IMG/VR virus record: IMGVR_UViG_3300009034_000044
Location: 1-58,230 of that record
Source of the DNA: a virus
Lineage: Duplodnaviria; Caudoviricetes
DNA: 58,230 bases
Direction: 5' to 3' (one strand)
Made by a program: the position numbers and the translations under genes. Of this stretch, positions 8,401 through 18,736 are shown one piece after another. Below the pieces are notes generated by a model. It searched no databases, was not told the origin of the DNA, and saw nothing but the letters and a program-made list of their open reading frames with translations. Positions within the stretch are counted from its first letter, which is position 1. Each line of letters opens with the position of its first letter.

Positions 8401-10303
8401 TTTGCATATTGGTAAATACTAAATCACCAAATTTATCTGCACTTATACTACCTATTATTTTGGGTGCTATTGGAAGTGGTTTTTGTGTAGCTGGATTTGC
8501 CTTATTTAAAAAATCTATAACATCTCTTGTTAAATAAGGATATGTACCATGAAGCAATCTAAGATTAACATCTCCTTTTGAAAGCATCTCCTTAAAATCT
8601 ACTATACCTTCTTCTCCTTTACGAGCTAATCCAATGAGGGTTCTTACTAAATTTCTGGTCTCTATATTTTTAATTTCATGGGATACTACTTCTCCCTGTG
8701 GCACTTTTTCTGATATAGTTATCGGAATCTTTCCAGAAGTAAATACCTTACCAGGCTCAATGTCTCCTGTCATAGATAAGTATGTAATTTTTGCCCTTAT
8801 CTGAGCTACTTCATCTGCTTTTATATGTTCTATTGGTTTTCCACTTAACGCTTTAAAAGGCTCTTTCCAGATAGTTTCCTTTGAAGTAGTTCCTGGAACA
8901 ACTTCTATAGATATTGGTTTTTTAGGATGTATTCCATATTTAGCAGCTATTACCTTATCTTCGGCAGTATATAGCATAGGCTCTTTTTCTTTGAGAAGTT
9001 CAGCCCAACTCCTCTCTATTCTACTCATATCAGCAGGAATATCCTCTACTTGCAAGACCTCTCCTATTTTTTTCTTAGGAATAGCTTCCCTTCTTTCCAA
9101 CTCCTTCATAGCAATAAATTTACTTTTATCAATTGCTTTATCAAATCCTTCAAAGTCTATTATTTCATTTTTATCTATTCTCTCTTTTCCATAATATCTA
9201 AACGCTTCTACTATTTCCCAATTTTGTGGATTAGTTCTTATTAATCTATTAACAACTATATTTAATGCAGTTAATCTTTTTTCTGGTGTAATCTCTGGAC
9301 TTTTCAATGCTCCTTCAATGTCAAATCTAAACCCTTGTGGAATCTTAGCTTCTTCTGTTCTTACAGACCTCATTCCTTTAGTAATTACACTACTTCCTAC
9401 TCCAGCTAAAAAGAAAGAACCAAAACCTATAAACATATGTTGAAGTCTTTCTTCAAGTGATTCTGCTGGTTGTAATAATCCAGCACCACCACCTAAAGCA
9501 GAAGTTCTGCCCAACTCTACAGCAGCCCTCATGGTTTTTTCTCCCTTAGTTAATATCTCACCTTTACTTATTTTTTCAAACATCCTTCCTACTGCTGGTA
9601 TGTGAGCAGCCATTCTTTCTAATACAGCAGCACCACCTTCAAAGGCTGAAAACATAGCACCATACTTAAACAGGTTTACTAATCTGGTTTCGTGTTCTTC
9701 TGGTTTAGCTCCTAATCCATAAACAGCACCAGTAAGTCCACCCCTTGCTAAAGCAGATACTACTCCTACTGATGGTATAGCTGCCCTTGCTACCTTTGTT
9801 ATTGGTAACACACCAAAACCAAATCCAAGTAGATAAGAGGCAGTTGTAATGGCTTTTCTTGTCATACTTGCATCTGCTGCTGTCTCTACAGCAGGAACAT
9901 AATTCCAAGAAAGTCCTTTAATGAATTGAGTAGGTATATCTGCATATTCGCCATAAAGGGATTTCATTATACCCATATAACCTTCAGACTTCTTTAAGTC
10001 TTCTCCGACTTGTTCTAATCCAGGCAATCCAGCAGCTTTACCTAAATATGAATATGCTCCACCTAATAATTTGGGGAGTCTTTGAGTAATGCCAGGTTTG
10101 GGTAATTGGTCTTCAGATATTTCTCTGGCGTTCTGTACTTCTTCAGGACTATACCCTTTTAGTTCTTCCTCCGTTAATTCCCTAAATCTTGGAGCTATAG
10201 AGGAAGTTCTATAAAAATCTTCATCAGATATTGTCTCTGCTGCTTCTAATTGCTCTGGACTATACGCTTTTAGTTCTTCCTCTGTTAATTCTCTGAATGG
10301 CAT
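5429..10303 (-). CDS. Large (1624 aa) internal virion / DNA-ejection protein
   Basis: Size, position, Gly/Ala-rich amphipathic N-terminal helices and C-terminal TQWMYGKENRP..FVFKSY region typical of podovirus ejection proteins. Confidence 0.65.
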   Translation of the reverse strand: MPFRELTEEELKAYSPEQLEAAETISDEDFYRTSSIAPRFRELTEEELKGYSPEEVQNAREISEDQLPKPGITQRLPKLLGGAYSYLGKAAGLPGLEQVGEDLKKSEGYMGIMKSLYGEYADIPTQFIKGLSWNYVPAVETAADASMTRKAITTASYLLGFGFGVLPITKVARAAIPSVGVVSALARGGLTGAVYGLGAKPEEHETRLVNLFKYGAMFSAFEGGAAVLERMAAHIPAVGRMFEKISKGEILTKGEKTMRAAVELGRTSALGGGAGLLQPAESLEERLQHMFIGFGSFFLAGVGSSVITKGMRSVRTEEAKIPQGFRFDIEGALKSPEITPEKRLTALNIVVNRLIRTNPQNWEIVEAFRYYGKERIDKNEIIDFEGFDKAIDKSKFIAMKELERREAIPKKKIGEVLQVEDIPADMSRIERSWAELLKEKEPMLYTAEDKVIAAKYGIHPKKPISIEVVPGTTSKETIWKEPFKALSGKPIEHIKADEVAQIRAKITYLSMTGDIEPGKVFTSGKIPITISEKVPQGEVVSHEIKNIETRNLVRTLIGLARKGEEGIVDFKEMLSKGDVNLRLLHGTYPYLTRDVIDFLNKANPATQKPLPIAPKIIGSISADKFGDLVFTNMQRQATTQLMQEFKKGTQLDAIHEVLTMQELRLERFLPKEATAERDILKSTFASFRERVNDLYNTFTGEPFGGKLMYHQVREIGKQIYNEGHTTIESFRKRFVEYYGTDGVTLELPKILRAFREISMEAQEPLKETREGYVVNDHTSGTPEHDLFLRQEYSLKERFGDMKDKFMGFMNKNVEAASDVFKSVPNKEREVLVNDMAKQLGFFPYIKYKIGQWVKVPVWDKDISFVTKGLRKVSQRTAEIQHEFLRKNEFLKRYKPSQDMTDAIYKTTVKQTPVGWERLNPKERAMVERVFENTKWMMEQFKKELKENASAFDAIAKAQGFEKTEDYINDYISKHTRAFYFPLVRGEGDYVVYARDESKKIIWAENFESVKAAKKRTTELMEQLPNAKLGMFDVKRKYGFKFPELLEMIHDLPRMRNLLKSKDIAPETVKELEDVLHGAYLEIWARGRLAPREGIKGFSTDIHYVIERYAETFPRSFVRRARARHIQDLIDNVPEEKQIYAKNLVDYYLGRRDYEGNMNFLVRNIIYNWNLSLKPSFALLNLSQRGATTVWRAIKEAGDGGGGIVLRSQLKELNFYKEFVRGRLKGETTRNLIKSSNIFSATDKDVIIKLHDRGELESLRNLEIIGKSKIGRFLNVLSTASEKSNRIHSALTAVEIGTRRGLRGEVLFDYVVDFISKTQWMYGKENRPIIGRGWRAMGFVFKSYVFNDLNFLKDLYPHKKAFAGAISTRLALGGLGGIYGMGFIVEAVDFAMKKIVGVHDWELSKRETLRTLKNKYGEATINTLTKGLPSMVGVEGSITFGSPELFDIAGIPLVKGSIYNIKLALAEEGVDWENFIRRNSPTMVKHAMGFSTETIFGKPKITREDIKRLPLELRKRALEVYNEMPKKMDEKEKFLYALGFTTATPSEFYAALMAIKESARMVRKYKAGIHRQIGRAIEERRHGDVKKLIDDARARGMRLDITAIRRQVRGYREAEEQEREMEGRE
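10103..10303 (-). repeat. Tandem 37-aa acidic repeat at the N-terminus of the large protein
   Basis: FRELTEEELKAYSPE and FRELTEEELKGYSPE. Confidence 0.85.
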
Positions 10304-10314
10304 CTTATACCTCT

Positions 10315-11268
10315 TTATTCATATATTCCATATCTTCCAGATGGAGTCCTTACTAATTTAGTTTCTGGAGATATATATCCACCTGACGGTGCAATCCCAA
10401 ATTCCTTCCAATATCTTTTTTCTATTTCTTGCTTTCTTTCCATATATTCTTCTTCAGTTATATAATACCTTTCTGCTTCTAACTTTGCTATTTCTCTATT
10501 TTTATCATCCGTCATTTCCAATCCTTTTCTTTTAGCTGCTTCCAATTCCATTCTTTCCTCAAGAGTTGCTGGTAATGCTCCAGTTTCTTTTCTTATTTTC
10601 TCTGTCTCTGCCTTCACTTTCTCTAATTCTGCTGCTTCAGCCTCTCTCGTAATGCCAATTCCACTTACTCCAGCAAGTAATAATGGCATTGTTTCAATTA
10701 TAGCCTGTAATTCTGCTGTAGCACCAGTTAATCTTCTTCCTTTAGCAAATCCAGATTCTATATCTAAAGCAAGTTTTTCCGACCTTTCCAGTAATTTACC
10801 TATTACTTCCCTGTAATACGATTCTGGAGTAGCTCCTGCTTCTGGAAGTCCTCTGGTTGGAACATACCCAAATCCTCCTCTTGTAAGTTCTGCCTGAGTT
10901 GGTATATCTTCCTCTCTATAAATCTTACCCTCTGCTCTTTCTTCTCCAATAGGAGGAACTCCCTTACCCCCTACATCAACATATTCAAATGCTTGTTTCA
11001 TGTATTCTGGAACTTCTCCTGAAACAAGAGGAGTAACAACTTCAGGCGTAGGTGTAGTAACAGGAAGTGTCATATCTCTTACTTCTTTGGGTGCAGTAGG
11101 AACAGCTTTAGGAGCAGCTTCTTCTTTGTAATAAGGAGATGGAACAAATCCTGGTAATCCTTTCTTGACAATACCAGTTACTTTAGGAATTGCTTCTTTA
11201 GCAACTCTTAACCTTTTCTCTCTCCTTAGCCTTGCTTCTTCTTCTGTTACAAATAAACCATTTGGCAT
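10315..11268 (-). CDS. Putative internal virion/ejection protein
   Basis: AGGAGG SD; Pro/Glu-rich; directly upstream of the large protein. Confidence 0.55.
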   Translation of the reverse strand: MPNGLFVTEEEARLRREKRLRVAKEAIPKVTGIVKKGLPGFVPSPYYKEEAAPKAVPTAPKEVRDMTLPVTTPTPEVVTPLVSGEVPEYMKQAFEYVDVGGKGVPPIGEERAEGKIYREEDIPTQAELTRGGFGYVPTRGLPEAGATPESYYREVIGKLLERSEKLALDIESGFAKGRRLTGATAELQAIIETMPLLLAGVSGIGITREAEAAELEKVKAETEKIRKETGALPATLEERMELEAAKRKGLEMTDDKNREIAKLEAERYYITEEEYMERKQEIEKRYWKEFGIAPSGGYISPETKLVRTPSGRYGIYE

Positions 11269-11287
11269 TTTATATCAACCTCCTTTC

Positions 11288-12409
11288 TTAACCTATTTGT
11301 TCGATTGATGCAGCTATAGCATTAATTCCAGATAATGCTCCAGCTACTTTATTTGATAATACACTTACTATGCCTTGCATGTTTTGAACTCTTGCATTAA
11401 CTTCAGCATTAAATGCTAAAATCTGTCCCTTTGCTCTCTCTACAGCAGTTTCAAGTGTTAATCTATCAGCTTCAAGTTGATTTGCCTGTCCTCTCTGAGC
11501 AACTTCATTTGCACTTATTAAAGCATTTAATCTCGATGTCCATGCTTTAATGTCTGCTTCGTAAATGCCAATTTTAACTTCTTGGTCTTTAAAGGCTCTT
11601 TGGAGTTCAAATCCATATTTAGCTAATAGCTCTTTATGGTTTTCTATTTCTAATCTTAAAGCCTCATATTGAGCTACAGCAACATCTCTAAGCACTTTAA
11701 CTTTCATATCTAAGAAACCAAATTGTTCCTTTGCTAATTCTATGCCTTTAGTCATAGCAAAATCCCTTGCTGTTCTGTATAGGTCTGCTCTTTTAATAGA
11801 TATGTCTCTGTTTATGTCTCCTAATGCATCTTGAACATCTTCAATAGATTTCTCTACCATCTTAATAAATGCACCTTGAGGTATTGGCATACCATAAGCA
11901 GCAAATTGCCTTTTTAGTTCCTCTATGCTTGTATTGGATTTCCATGTTTCCCTATCTCTTGCCCTATCCCATAATGCTTCTTCGTCTGATGGGTCTATAC
12001 CATAACCACCTTCAAGTAAATCTGTTCTAACTTTTCCAGTTACTATATCTATAATATCTAATGCTTCATTAATTCTATCTGGTATAAGTGCTATTACACT
12101 TACCATATTTTGAATACTATTTTGCAATAAAGTAGTGTCTACAGGTGCAAAGGAAGGTGGAAACCCAAGGGAATATTCTCCTAATTCTCTTGGTCTGTCT
12201 GGTACTTCAGTTTGAAGTAAATTCAATACTTCATATATTCTTGTACTTACACTAATATACTCAGTATATGGAACAGTATTCATAAATGTAAATGAATCTG
12301 CCAAACCAGTAACTTCTGCTATTTCAGCATCCAATCTTTCTATTGCTTCACTAACACTTTCGTTAGCATAATCTTTTGCATCATTTATAAGTACACTTGG
12401 GTCTGCCAT
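11288..12409 (-). CDS. Coiled-coil virion (tail/ejection) protein
   Basis: GYGIDPSDEEALWDRARDRE...FAAYGMPIPQG motif seen in podovirus structural proteins; long helical C-terminus. Confidence 0.6.
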   Translation of the reverse strand: MADPSVLINDAKDYANESVSEAIERLDAEIAEVTGLADSFTFMNTVPYTEYISVSTRIYEVLNLLQTEVPDRPRELGEYSLGFPPSFAPVDTTLLQNSIQNMVSVIALIPDRINEALDIIDIVTGKVRTDLLEGGYGIDPSDEEALWDRARDRETWKSNTSIEELKRQFAAYGMPIPQGAFIKMVEKSIEDVQDALGDINRDISIKRADLYRTARDFAMTKGIELAKEQFGFLDMKVKVLRDVAVAQYEALRLEIENHKELLAKYGFELQRAFKDQEVKIGIYEADIKAWTSRLNALISANEVAQRGQANQLEADRLTLETAVERAKGQILAFNAEVNARVQNMQGIVSVLSNKVAGALSGINAIAASIEQIG

Positions 12410-14527
12410 TTATTCTCTACCTCCTTTATGCAGCCCTATTGCTGCAAAATCTTTAAAATCGAAATTCTCTTTATTTATAAAATCCTGATAATTATCTTCA
12501 GTAATTGTAAATTCCCTATGATAACCTATCGGAAGTCCTTCATATCCTATATTAATGAGTCCAATAATTCTTTCATTTCCTTTAGAAAATTCCTGATATC
12601 CATTCCATAAATCAACAATTACATAAGTATATAACATAAAATATTGATTCAAATGACAAGAAATGTAGTTAATGCTACTTCCGCTATAAATACCATTTGC
12701 AAAGGTAAAATTATATGGAATCGTAATATAACTTACAGTTCCACCATTTATACAATAAGCAATTTCATGTTTATCAGTTGTGCTAAATGTAATATTATCA
12801 CTTAAAATCACATCAGAATCATATACACTTTGACCGCTTCTGCTTAAATTATAATTTTGATACTTATATATCATTATAAATGTATCCTTTTTTGTATCAT
12901 AATCATAATCCTCAGCACATATAAAAATGTCTCCACTCAGAGTTGAAGAAAAATCTAATGGAATACCTTTACCCCCACCTGGTAAATCTACAAATCCTTC
13001 ATAATCTATTCTTGATTCTGATGGTAATGGTGAAGGTGCTTTTTCATCTCCATATGTAACTGATAGTTCATAAAAAGCTCTATATACACTTTCATTTTGA
13101 TAGCTCGAATTATTAATAAAGTCTCTTACAAGTATATTTTTAAAATACAAACTTGTAGTAAAATCTACATTACCAGTAGAAGTTAGAGCATTATATTCAG
13201 TTGTAGCTTCAGTTGTTATTGACCTCCAAGTAAATCCAGTATAATCTATAAACCAACCTTTACTAAAACCAGAAGTAGATGCAACTTTTCCTCCAGCACT
13301 TATATTACTACTTGTTGGTTCTGTATAAAGTGTATGCACAGAACCATAATCGGCAGTAGCTAATATTTCTAATCTTCCTGTAAGTGTGTCTTCATCTGTA
13401 TCAAAAACAGGAGTCCATGTTGTTGTAGATACAGTATTACCAGTAGCAGGGTCAGTTGTATAATCTACCTCTTGTTCATAATCTATTACACGCCCTGAAG
13501 AAACAGAATATGTTGGTATTGCTATACCCAATGGGTCATTTTTTATTTCAATTCTTGTTTCGTACCTTAAAAACCAATCATAGTTAAATTTATCTTGATA
13601 TAATCCAATGCTATTCTTATCTAATACTTCAAAAGTTTTTTCGTCTACTGTTTTAGTTACAGTTGTAGCCCATCTCCTACCAGCACTTTTTAGTTCAGTA
13701 TTGGGATAAGGAGTATAAGGAAGATATCTAAAAGTACCTTTTATATATTCTGATTGTACGTCAAAATATTGTGGTGTATAATAATATATATTACCTGGAA
13801 TTGCATAAAAGCCATGACCAGACTTAGTATATCCCTGTCTCATTCCATAATATTTAATATTTCCAACATATGTATCTGTATCATAAAGAGGTATAATAGT
13901 TTCTAAATTATGTTTCGATAAGTTTGGGTACGATTGAACTGTCAATAGTGTAGAATCAAATCTAACTTCCATCTCATCTTCTGAAAATGTATATACTTTA
14001 GGTGTTAATGTCAAATTTTCATCCTCATCAACACCAATATCCATAAATACAGCATCCTTACGATTATTGTGTATAAGGAAAAGACTAAGTATTGGTATCT
14101 CCTTTTCTATCCTTATCCAATCATATCCCCTAACTGATTGAATATAAATATCTGTATCACCTATTACATATCTTTTATTTGAAATAGGTGTTCCACCAAT
14201 ATACATACGCCTTTTCATTTGAGATAGTTTGTTCTTGGCAAAACCTAAATATTCATGTCCACCATCCCCAACTATATCAACACGAACATTTTTAGTTGAT
14301 ATCATTTTTTCCTGTAAATCAGCTATTCCTGTTCTTGTTTTTATTAGTTCGTTTTCTATATCAAATCTCTCTAATGGGTCAGCAGTAATTGCATTAAAAG
14401 ACAATACGCCAAGTTCTGCTTTTAAAAAATAAAGCCTAACAGCATCAATTCTTCTTTGAAGCCTCATAAACTCTATTTCTTCTTGTAACTTTTTTATATT
14501 GTCGAAAATGCTTTTGCTAATATCCAT
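12410..14527 (-). CDS. Tail-associated structural protein
   Basis: 705 aa, Tyr/Thr-rich beta region; located in the structural operon. Confidence 0.5.
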   Translation of the reverse strand: MDISKSIFDNIKKLQEEIEFMRLQRRIDAVRLYFLKAELGVLSFNAITADPLERFDIENELIKTRTGIADLQEKMISTKNVRVDIVGDGGHEYLGFAKNKLSQMKRRMYIGGTPISNKRYVIGDTDIYIQSVRGYDWIRIEKEIPILSLFLIHNNRKDAVFMDIGVDEDENLTLTPKVYTFSEDEMEVRFDSTLLTVQSYPNLSKHNLETIIPLYDTDTYVGNIKYYGMRQGYTKSGHGFYAIPGNIYYYTPQYFDVQSEYIKGTFRYLPYTPYPNTELKSAGRRWATTVTKTVDEKTFEVLDKNSIGLYQDKFNYDWFLRYETRIEIKNDPLGIAIPTYSVSSGRVIDYEQEVDYTTDPATGNTVSTTTWTPVFDTDEDTLTGRLEILATADYGSVHTLYTEPTSSNISAGGKVASTSGFSKGWFIDYTGFTWRSITTEATTEYNALTSTGNVDFTTSLYFKNILVRDFINNSSYQNESVYRAFYELSVTYGDEKAPSPLPSESRIDYEGFVDLPGGGKGIPLDFSSTLSGDIFICAEDYDYDTKKDTFIMIYKYQNYNLSRSGQSVYDSDVILSDNITFSTTDKHEIAYCINGGTVSYITIPYNFTFANGIYSGSSINYISCHLNQYFMLYTYVIVDLWNGYQEFSKGNERIIGLINIGYEGLPIGYHREFTITEDNYQDFINKENFDFKDFAAIGLHKGGRE

Positions 14528-16497
14528 TATGCTTTTCTCGATAGAGTTTCTACATCTGCTTCCATTACATCTATTTCAAAATCAGCACCAGCAGTATTGT
14601 AGAATTTTAATGTATAATATTTGCCTTTAATTCCCTTCCCGAACTTCACCCTTGAAGGATGAAATTTATTTTGGGTATCTGTTAAATCATAAGTATATTC
14701 AGTTCCATCATCTGCTGTAACCTTTAATTGATAAGTTCCATTTGCTTTCATGCCTAAAAACATATCTATTACTCTCTTAAGTTTATCAACACCCATTTTT
14801 AACTTACCAGTTGCTACTTTAGCATCTATATTTACCGCATCATCTTTTGTTCCTTCAAGCAAATAAATACCACTTGAAGAAGCACCTAAATATAGATTTC
14901 CAAATTTACAGAAACTTTCATAACCATAACTCGTATATTTTGAAAGTGCTGTATTCCTTGTATTCATAACAAATACATCAAACGTAGCTGCTGGTATAAT
15001 AAGACCAGATGCAGTTAATTTCAATGAAGGTAATACAAGCAAGGCATTTCCTTCAATATCAAGTTTAATTATTCCTGCACCATATCCAGTTATAGCTGGC
15101 AATGTCATTTGAACATTTCCAACTACTCCAGTTATTCCTTCTGCTGTTATTCCTATAGGTGGTAATGTTAAAATTGCACTACCTACTTTTGATACATCTC
15201 CAATACCTACCATAGTTAACATTGGTAATGTTAATTCTGCTTCACCAACTTTACCAACTATAGCAGTAGCTTCTATAGTCAACATTGGTAATGTTACATT
15301 AACAATAGAAAGTGCTGGAGTTGTTGCAGATATTATTAAACTCGGTAATGTTACATCTACATTACCCAACGCACCAGCAATTCCAGTAGCTTGTATGGTA
15401 AATACTGGTAAATCAGCAAGCATAACATGTGTTATTACATCAGCAAATGCATTTATCTCAAGCATTGGAAGATGCGTCATTACCCAATTTGTCCAGTAAC
15501 CACCAGCACCAATTTGCAACAATGGAAGCGTTTCTATAACATATGGAGCATATGCTGTAATTGTGGATGCTGGCAATGTTACATCTACTGAACCAGAACC
15601 ACCAGCAAGTGCTGGTATATATCCCAAAACCCAATAATCAATATTTAAACTCGATACTTTACCTTCAAATATATTACTTTCCAATGGAACAATATATGCA
15701 CCATTAAAATAATTACCACTATGATAGTGTATTTCACTAATACCGTCTTTTCTTAAATCAAATGTTCCTGCTGCTTCACCTACCTGTACTTCAATTATAG
15801 CAGCACCAGTACCAGCAGGAGGAGAGTCACCACTTAAGTCTCTATTTTGATATATGCCTGTAGAAGTACATGATACATCATAACCAGTATCTTTTGGAGT
15901 TCCAGTAAGGACATATCCTACTATATATACACTTGCACCGAAATTAAATTCTTTCCATATTTGACAAATCCTACTTGCATCTACTCCAACTATAGTCCAA
16001 AAATGTTGCTCAGTTGCAATTGGCTGTCTTGTATCTCCAGAACCCTTTCGTCTAAAATTCATTCCATTAGTAGATGTACTGTGTATTTCAAGAATTGCAA
16101 ATTGAGAACCAACTGGAACATAACTTGATAAGTCTATATCTAACCATCCAGTTCCAGGTGGAGTTACATTTGTACCAGTAGTAATCCATCCTGCTTCAGT
16201 TGATGTTAAATATCCACATAACCAATAGTGAGCATTTGCGTGGCTTTTGTATAGTTCTATTTTGCTATTAGAATTACATCCAACATATACTGGAGCTTGG
16301 TTATAAAGTTGCTGTAATATCCTATTATCTCCTGAACCTACTTTTCTTGCTCCAGTTCTCGCATTTGGGGCATCATTTGCAGTTCTAATAATAACAACTG
16401 CATTGGTAGGAACTCCCTGCGAAGTTAAGTCTACTTCTTGCCAGCCTGTAGTTGCTGGTGGGGTAATTTCTATATATGTATCAAAAAATACAGCCAT
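14527..16497 (-). CDS. Tail structural protein with repeated domains
   Basis: Three ~100-aa N-terminal repeats, TLPxLTIxAxG repeats, conserved C-terminal VMNTRNTALSKY...GIKGKYY domain. Confidence 0.6.
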   Translation of the reverse strand: MAVFFDTYIEITPPATTGWQEVDLTSQGVPTNAVVIIRTANDAPNARTGARKVGSGDNRILQQLYNQAPVYVGCNSNSKIELYKSHANAHYWLCGYLTSTEAGWITTGTNVTPPGTGWLDIDLSSYVPVGSQFAILEIHSTSTNGMNFRRKGSGDTRQPIATEQHFWTIVGVDASRICQIWKEFNFGASVYIVGYVLTGTPKDTGYDVSCTSTGIYQNRDLSGDSPPAGTGAAIIEVQVGEAAGTFDLRKDGISEIHYHSGNYFNGAYIVPLESNIFEGKVSSLNIDYWVLGYIPALAGGSGSVDVTLPASTITAYAPYVIETLPLLQIGAGGYWTNWVMTHLPMLEINAFADVITHVMLADLPVFTIQATGIAGALGNVDVTLPSLIISATTPALSIVNVTLPMLTIEATAIVGKVGEAELTLPMLTMVGIGDVSKVGSAILTLPPIGITAEGITGVVGNVQMTLPAITGYGAGIIKLDIEGNALLVLPSLKLTASGLIIPAATFDVFVMNTRNTALSKYTSYGYESFCKFGNLYLGASSSGIYLLEGTKDDAVNIDAKVATGKLKMGVDKLKRVIDMFLGMKANGTYQLKVTADDGTEYTYDLTDTQNKFHPSRVKFGKGIKGKYYTLKFYNTAGADFEIDVMEADVETLSRKA

Positions 16498-16509
16498 TTT
16501 TATTCCTTA

Positions 16510-16572
16510 AAAAGACAAAAAGGTGGTATCAGATATAGAAGTATTGTTTGAACCAACATACCAACACCACCT
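16510..16572 (-). terminator. Long terminator-like hairpin
   Basis: AGGTGGT...ACCACCT followed by TTTTGTCTTTTT on the minus strand. Confidence 0.55.
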
Positions 16573-16587
16573 ATATTAATCTTAATT

Positions 16588-17475
16588 TTATTGTGCTGGT
16601 ACTGTAAGTTGGAATGTACTAATTGAAATTACCGCACTTAATGCTACATATGTTGAACCCATATTAAGTTCAGCACCAGATGTACCGACAGAACCATCTA
16701 TCCTTTCATCTGTAGTTGAACTTCCACCACCATCTCCAGGAGCTATAAGTCTAAAAGAAAGAGCATCAGCACCAGGGTTATATACTCCTGAGCCTGACCA
16801 TGTTTCTGTAGATTTTTTGGATAATGTTCCGTTTGATGCATCGTCAAAAGACAATCCAACAGCAGCACCATCCGAATAAATAGTAACGAGTAAATTTCCT
16901 ACTGGAGCATTATCTGCTAAAGCTGGCTGAGTTCCACTATATAGCTTTACAAATCCTTTGTGGAATATATCTTGTAAAGCCCTTGAAAGAGAAATTAATT
17001 TTATAGTATCAAATCCAAAGAATTTTGCGGTATCACTTGTGTCACTATTCTGCAAAGTAAATCTATGTGTAGTAGCAGTAGCTTTAAATACTATCAATCC
17101 AGCTACGTCTGCATAAAACTCTACCCATGCAGCAGATTGTGTCATATCTGCTGATTCAAATATGGCATCTTCATCTGCTACCGTTCCAACCATTACCCTT
17201 CCACCAGAAGCACCACCAGTATTTTTTCCATATGCATACATAACATACATATGGTCAACCTTCATCGTAGTAATATCCTGATATGCCTTTGCTACATTGG
17301 CACTATTAGTTAGAACCTTTAAATGGTTTCCAGATTGCCCACCAGACTCACTTGACAATACTGCATTAATTGCTGTCCATCCAGTAGTATCAGTAGTAAA
17401 TTCCCCATTAGTAATCTTATTAAGGTTGATTCCAGCAAGTTTATTTCTAAGTCCTGTACTTAGCCTAAGAGCCAT
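16588..17475 (-). CDS. Virion protein with inserted carbohydrate-binding-like domain
   Basis: MALRLSTGLRNKL...FVKLYSGTQPALAD core interrupted by an ITNGEFTTDTTGW (CBM4/9-like) domain. Confidence 0.6.
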   Translation of the reverse strand: MALRLSTGLRNKLAGINLNKITNGEFTTDTTGWTAINAVLSSESGGQSGNHLKVLTNSANVAKAYQDITTMKVDHMYVMYAYGKNTGGASGGRVMVGTVADEDAIFESADMTQSAAWVEFYADVAGLIVFKATATTHRFTLQNSDTSDTAKFFGFDTIKLISLSRALQDIFHKGFVKLYSGTQPALADNAPVGNLLVTIYSDGAAVGLSFDDASNGTLSKKSTETWSGSGVYNPGADALSFRLIAPGDGGGSSTTDERIDGSVGTSGAELNMGSTYVALSAVISISTFQLTVPAQ

Positions 17476-17486
17476 GTTTTTACCTC

Positions 17487-18734
17487 CTATTCATATATTT
17501 TTTCAGAATTTTCTGCATCTATAAAAGATACAATAAATTGATTTATTCCTCTTGATTGACGGAATAAACTTGTTCCAGTTTTGGTTTCTGGAAAAGAAAA
17601 ATGTTTATCTGTTAAATTTTCAAATTTTCCACCATCAGTTCCCATACATATACCCTCTGGAGAAACCCATAAAGCAACTTGCTCTGGCAATCCCTTTCCT
17701 ATTAATTCACCAGATACATATTGTTTAGTACCTTTTAAAGCTCCATAACCAGCTACAGTAGTTTTCTTAAATGGTGGATTATCTCCTTTTAAAAATATTG
17801 TTTCGTTATCAGTTGCTACAAACAATCCATCGTCAACAACAGCTATTAACTGCACGTTCTCATCAAACATTGAATAATTTAAACGTGGCTTATATAGTTC
17901 ATAGGCAAATGGCTCAGAATACCATATAACATTATTCTTTGCTATATAAATTCTTGCATTGTAATGTTCGATTATATCTCCAGCAGGAATTTTATCAAGC
18001 TCTGTTCCTATAAATGGTAATTGAGACCTAAGCCTATTACTGATAATGTCTATGGTTGATGTATCACTTGCAACCTTATCATAAAAATATAAAACATATC
18101 CATTAGGAGTAGATAAATAAACATCAATATATTGAACAGTTGGGTCATTAGATTGGATTATGTTTTTTATTCTTATTCCAGAATTTGCGGTCAAAGTAAT
18201 TGTATTTTTTGTTGAACCAGAAACTTGACCATCGCTTCTAACATAGGCAATAGCAAATTGATAATCTCCTGCTTTCATGAATCCGCTTATTGTTTCAAAT
18301 TCGGGAGCAGGAGGTATGTTTAATCCCCAAGACCTTGCTTGTCTATTTTCTATTATGCCAGTATCTATTCCGTCAGAGTAATATACCTTACCAAGTAAGG
18401 ATAAATATTCCATTCTTGCTCTTAGGGAAGTTAAGTTAGACCTTAGAGTGTCATTAGAATAATCAGGAAATAGTCTCTTTAAGTTCGTTCCTTGCCTGTA
18501 AAGACAAATCTCTCCATCACTCCAAAGGGAATGAATATTTCCTGTTACTTGTTTAGTAGCTCCTTGCCTTCTTCTAACATGAAATTCATCTGTTATATCT
18601 ATGTTTTCAGCTTCAGATAAAAATGTTTCAGTTACTCCAGTTCTACCTACAAATTCAGTTTTTGCAAAGTCATGTAAAGGAAGAAGGTTATTAAGCCCTA
18701 ATAGTCTCCTGAGAGCCAAAACCATTCTTTGCAT
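17487..18734 (-). CDS. Tail nozzle / tubular protein B-like
   Basis: GLNN...EAENIDI...RRRQG N-terminus; beta-propeller-like body (IWYSEPFAYE). Confidence 0.6.
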   Translation of the reverse strand: MQRMVLALRRLLGLNNLLPLHDFAKTEFVGRTGVTETFLSEAENIDITDEFHVRRRQGATKQVTGNIHSLWSDGEICLYRQGTNLKRLFPDYSNDTLRSNLTSLRARMEYLSLLGKVYYSDGIDTGIIENRQARSWGLNIPPAPEFETISGFMKAGDYQFAIAYVRSDGQVSGSTKNTITLTANSGIRIKNIIQSNDPTVQYIDVYLSTPNGYVLYFYDKVASDTSTIDIISNRLRSQLPFIGTELDKIPAGDIIEHYNARIYIAKNNVIWYSEPFAYELYKPRLNYSMFDENVQLIAVVDDGLFVATDNETIFLKGDNPPFKKTTVAGYGALKGTKQYVSGELIGKGLPEQVALWVSPEGICMGTDGGKFENLTDKHFSFPETKTGTSLFRQSRGINQFIVSFIDAENSEKIYE

Positions 18735-18736
18735 TA

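Noticed and set aside
5429-10303. N4-like virion RNA polymerase
   Set aside because: About half the expected size and no recognisable polymerase motifs; an N4-gp56-type capsid alone does not imply an N4-like phage.
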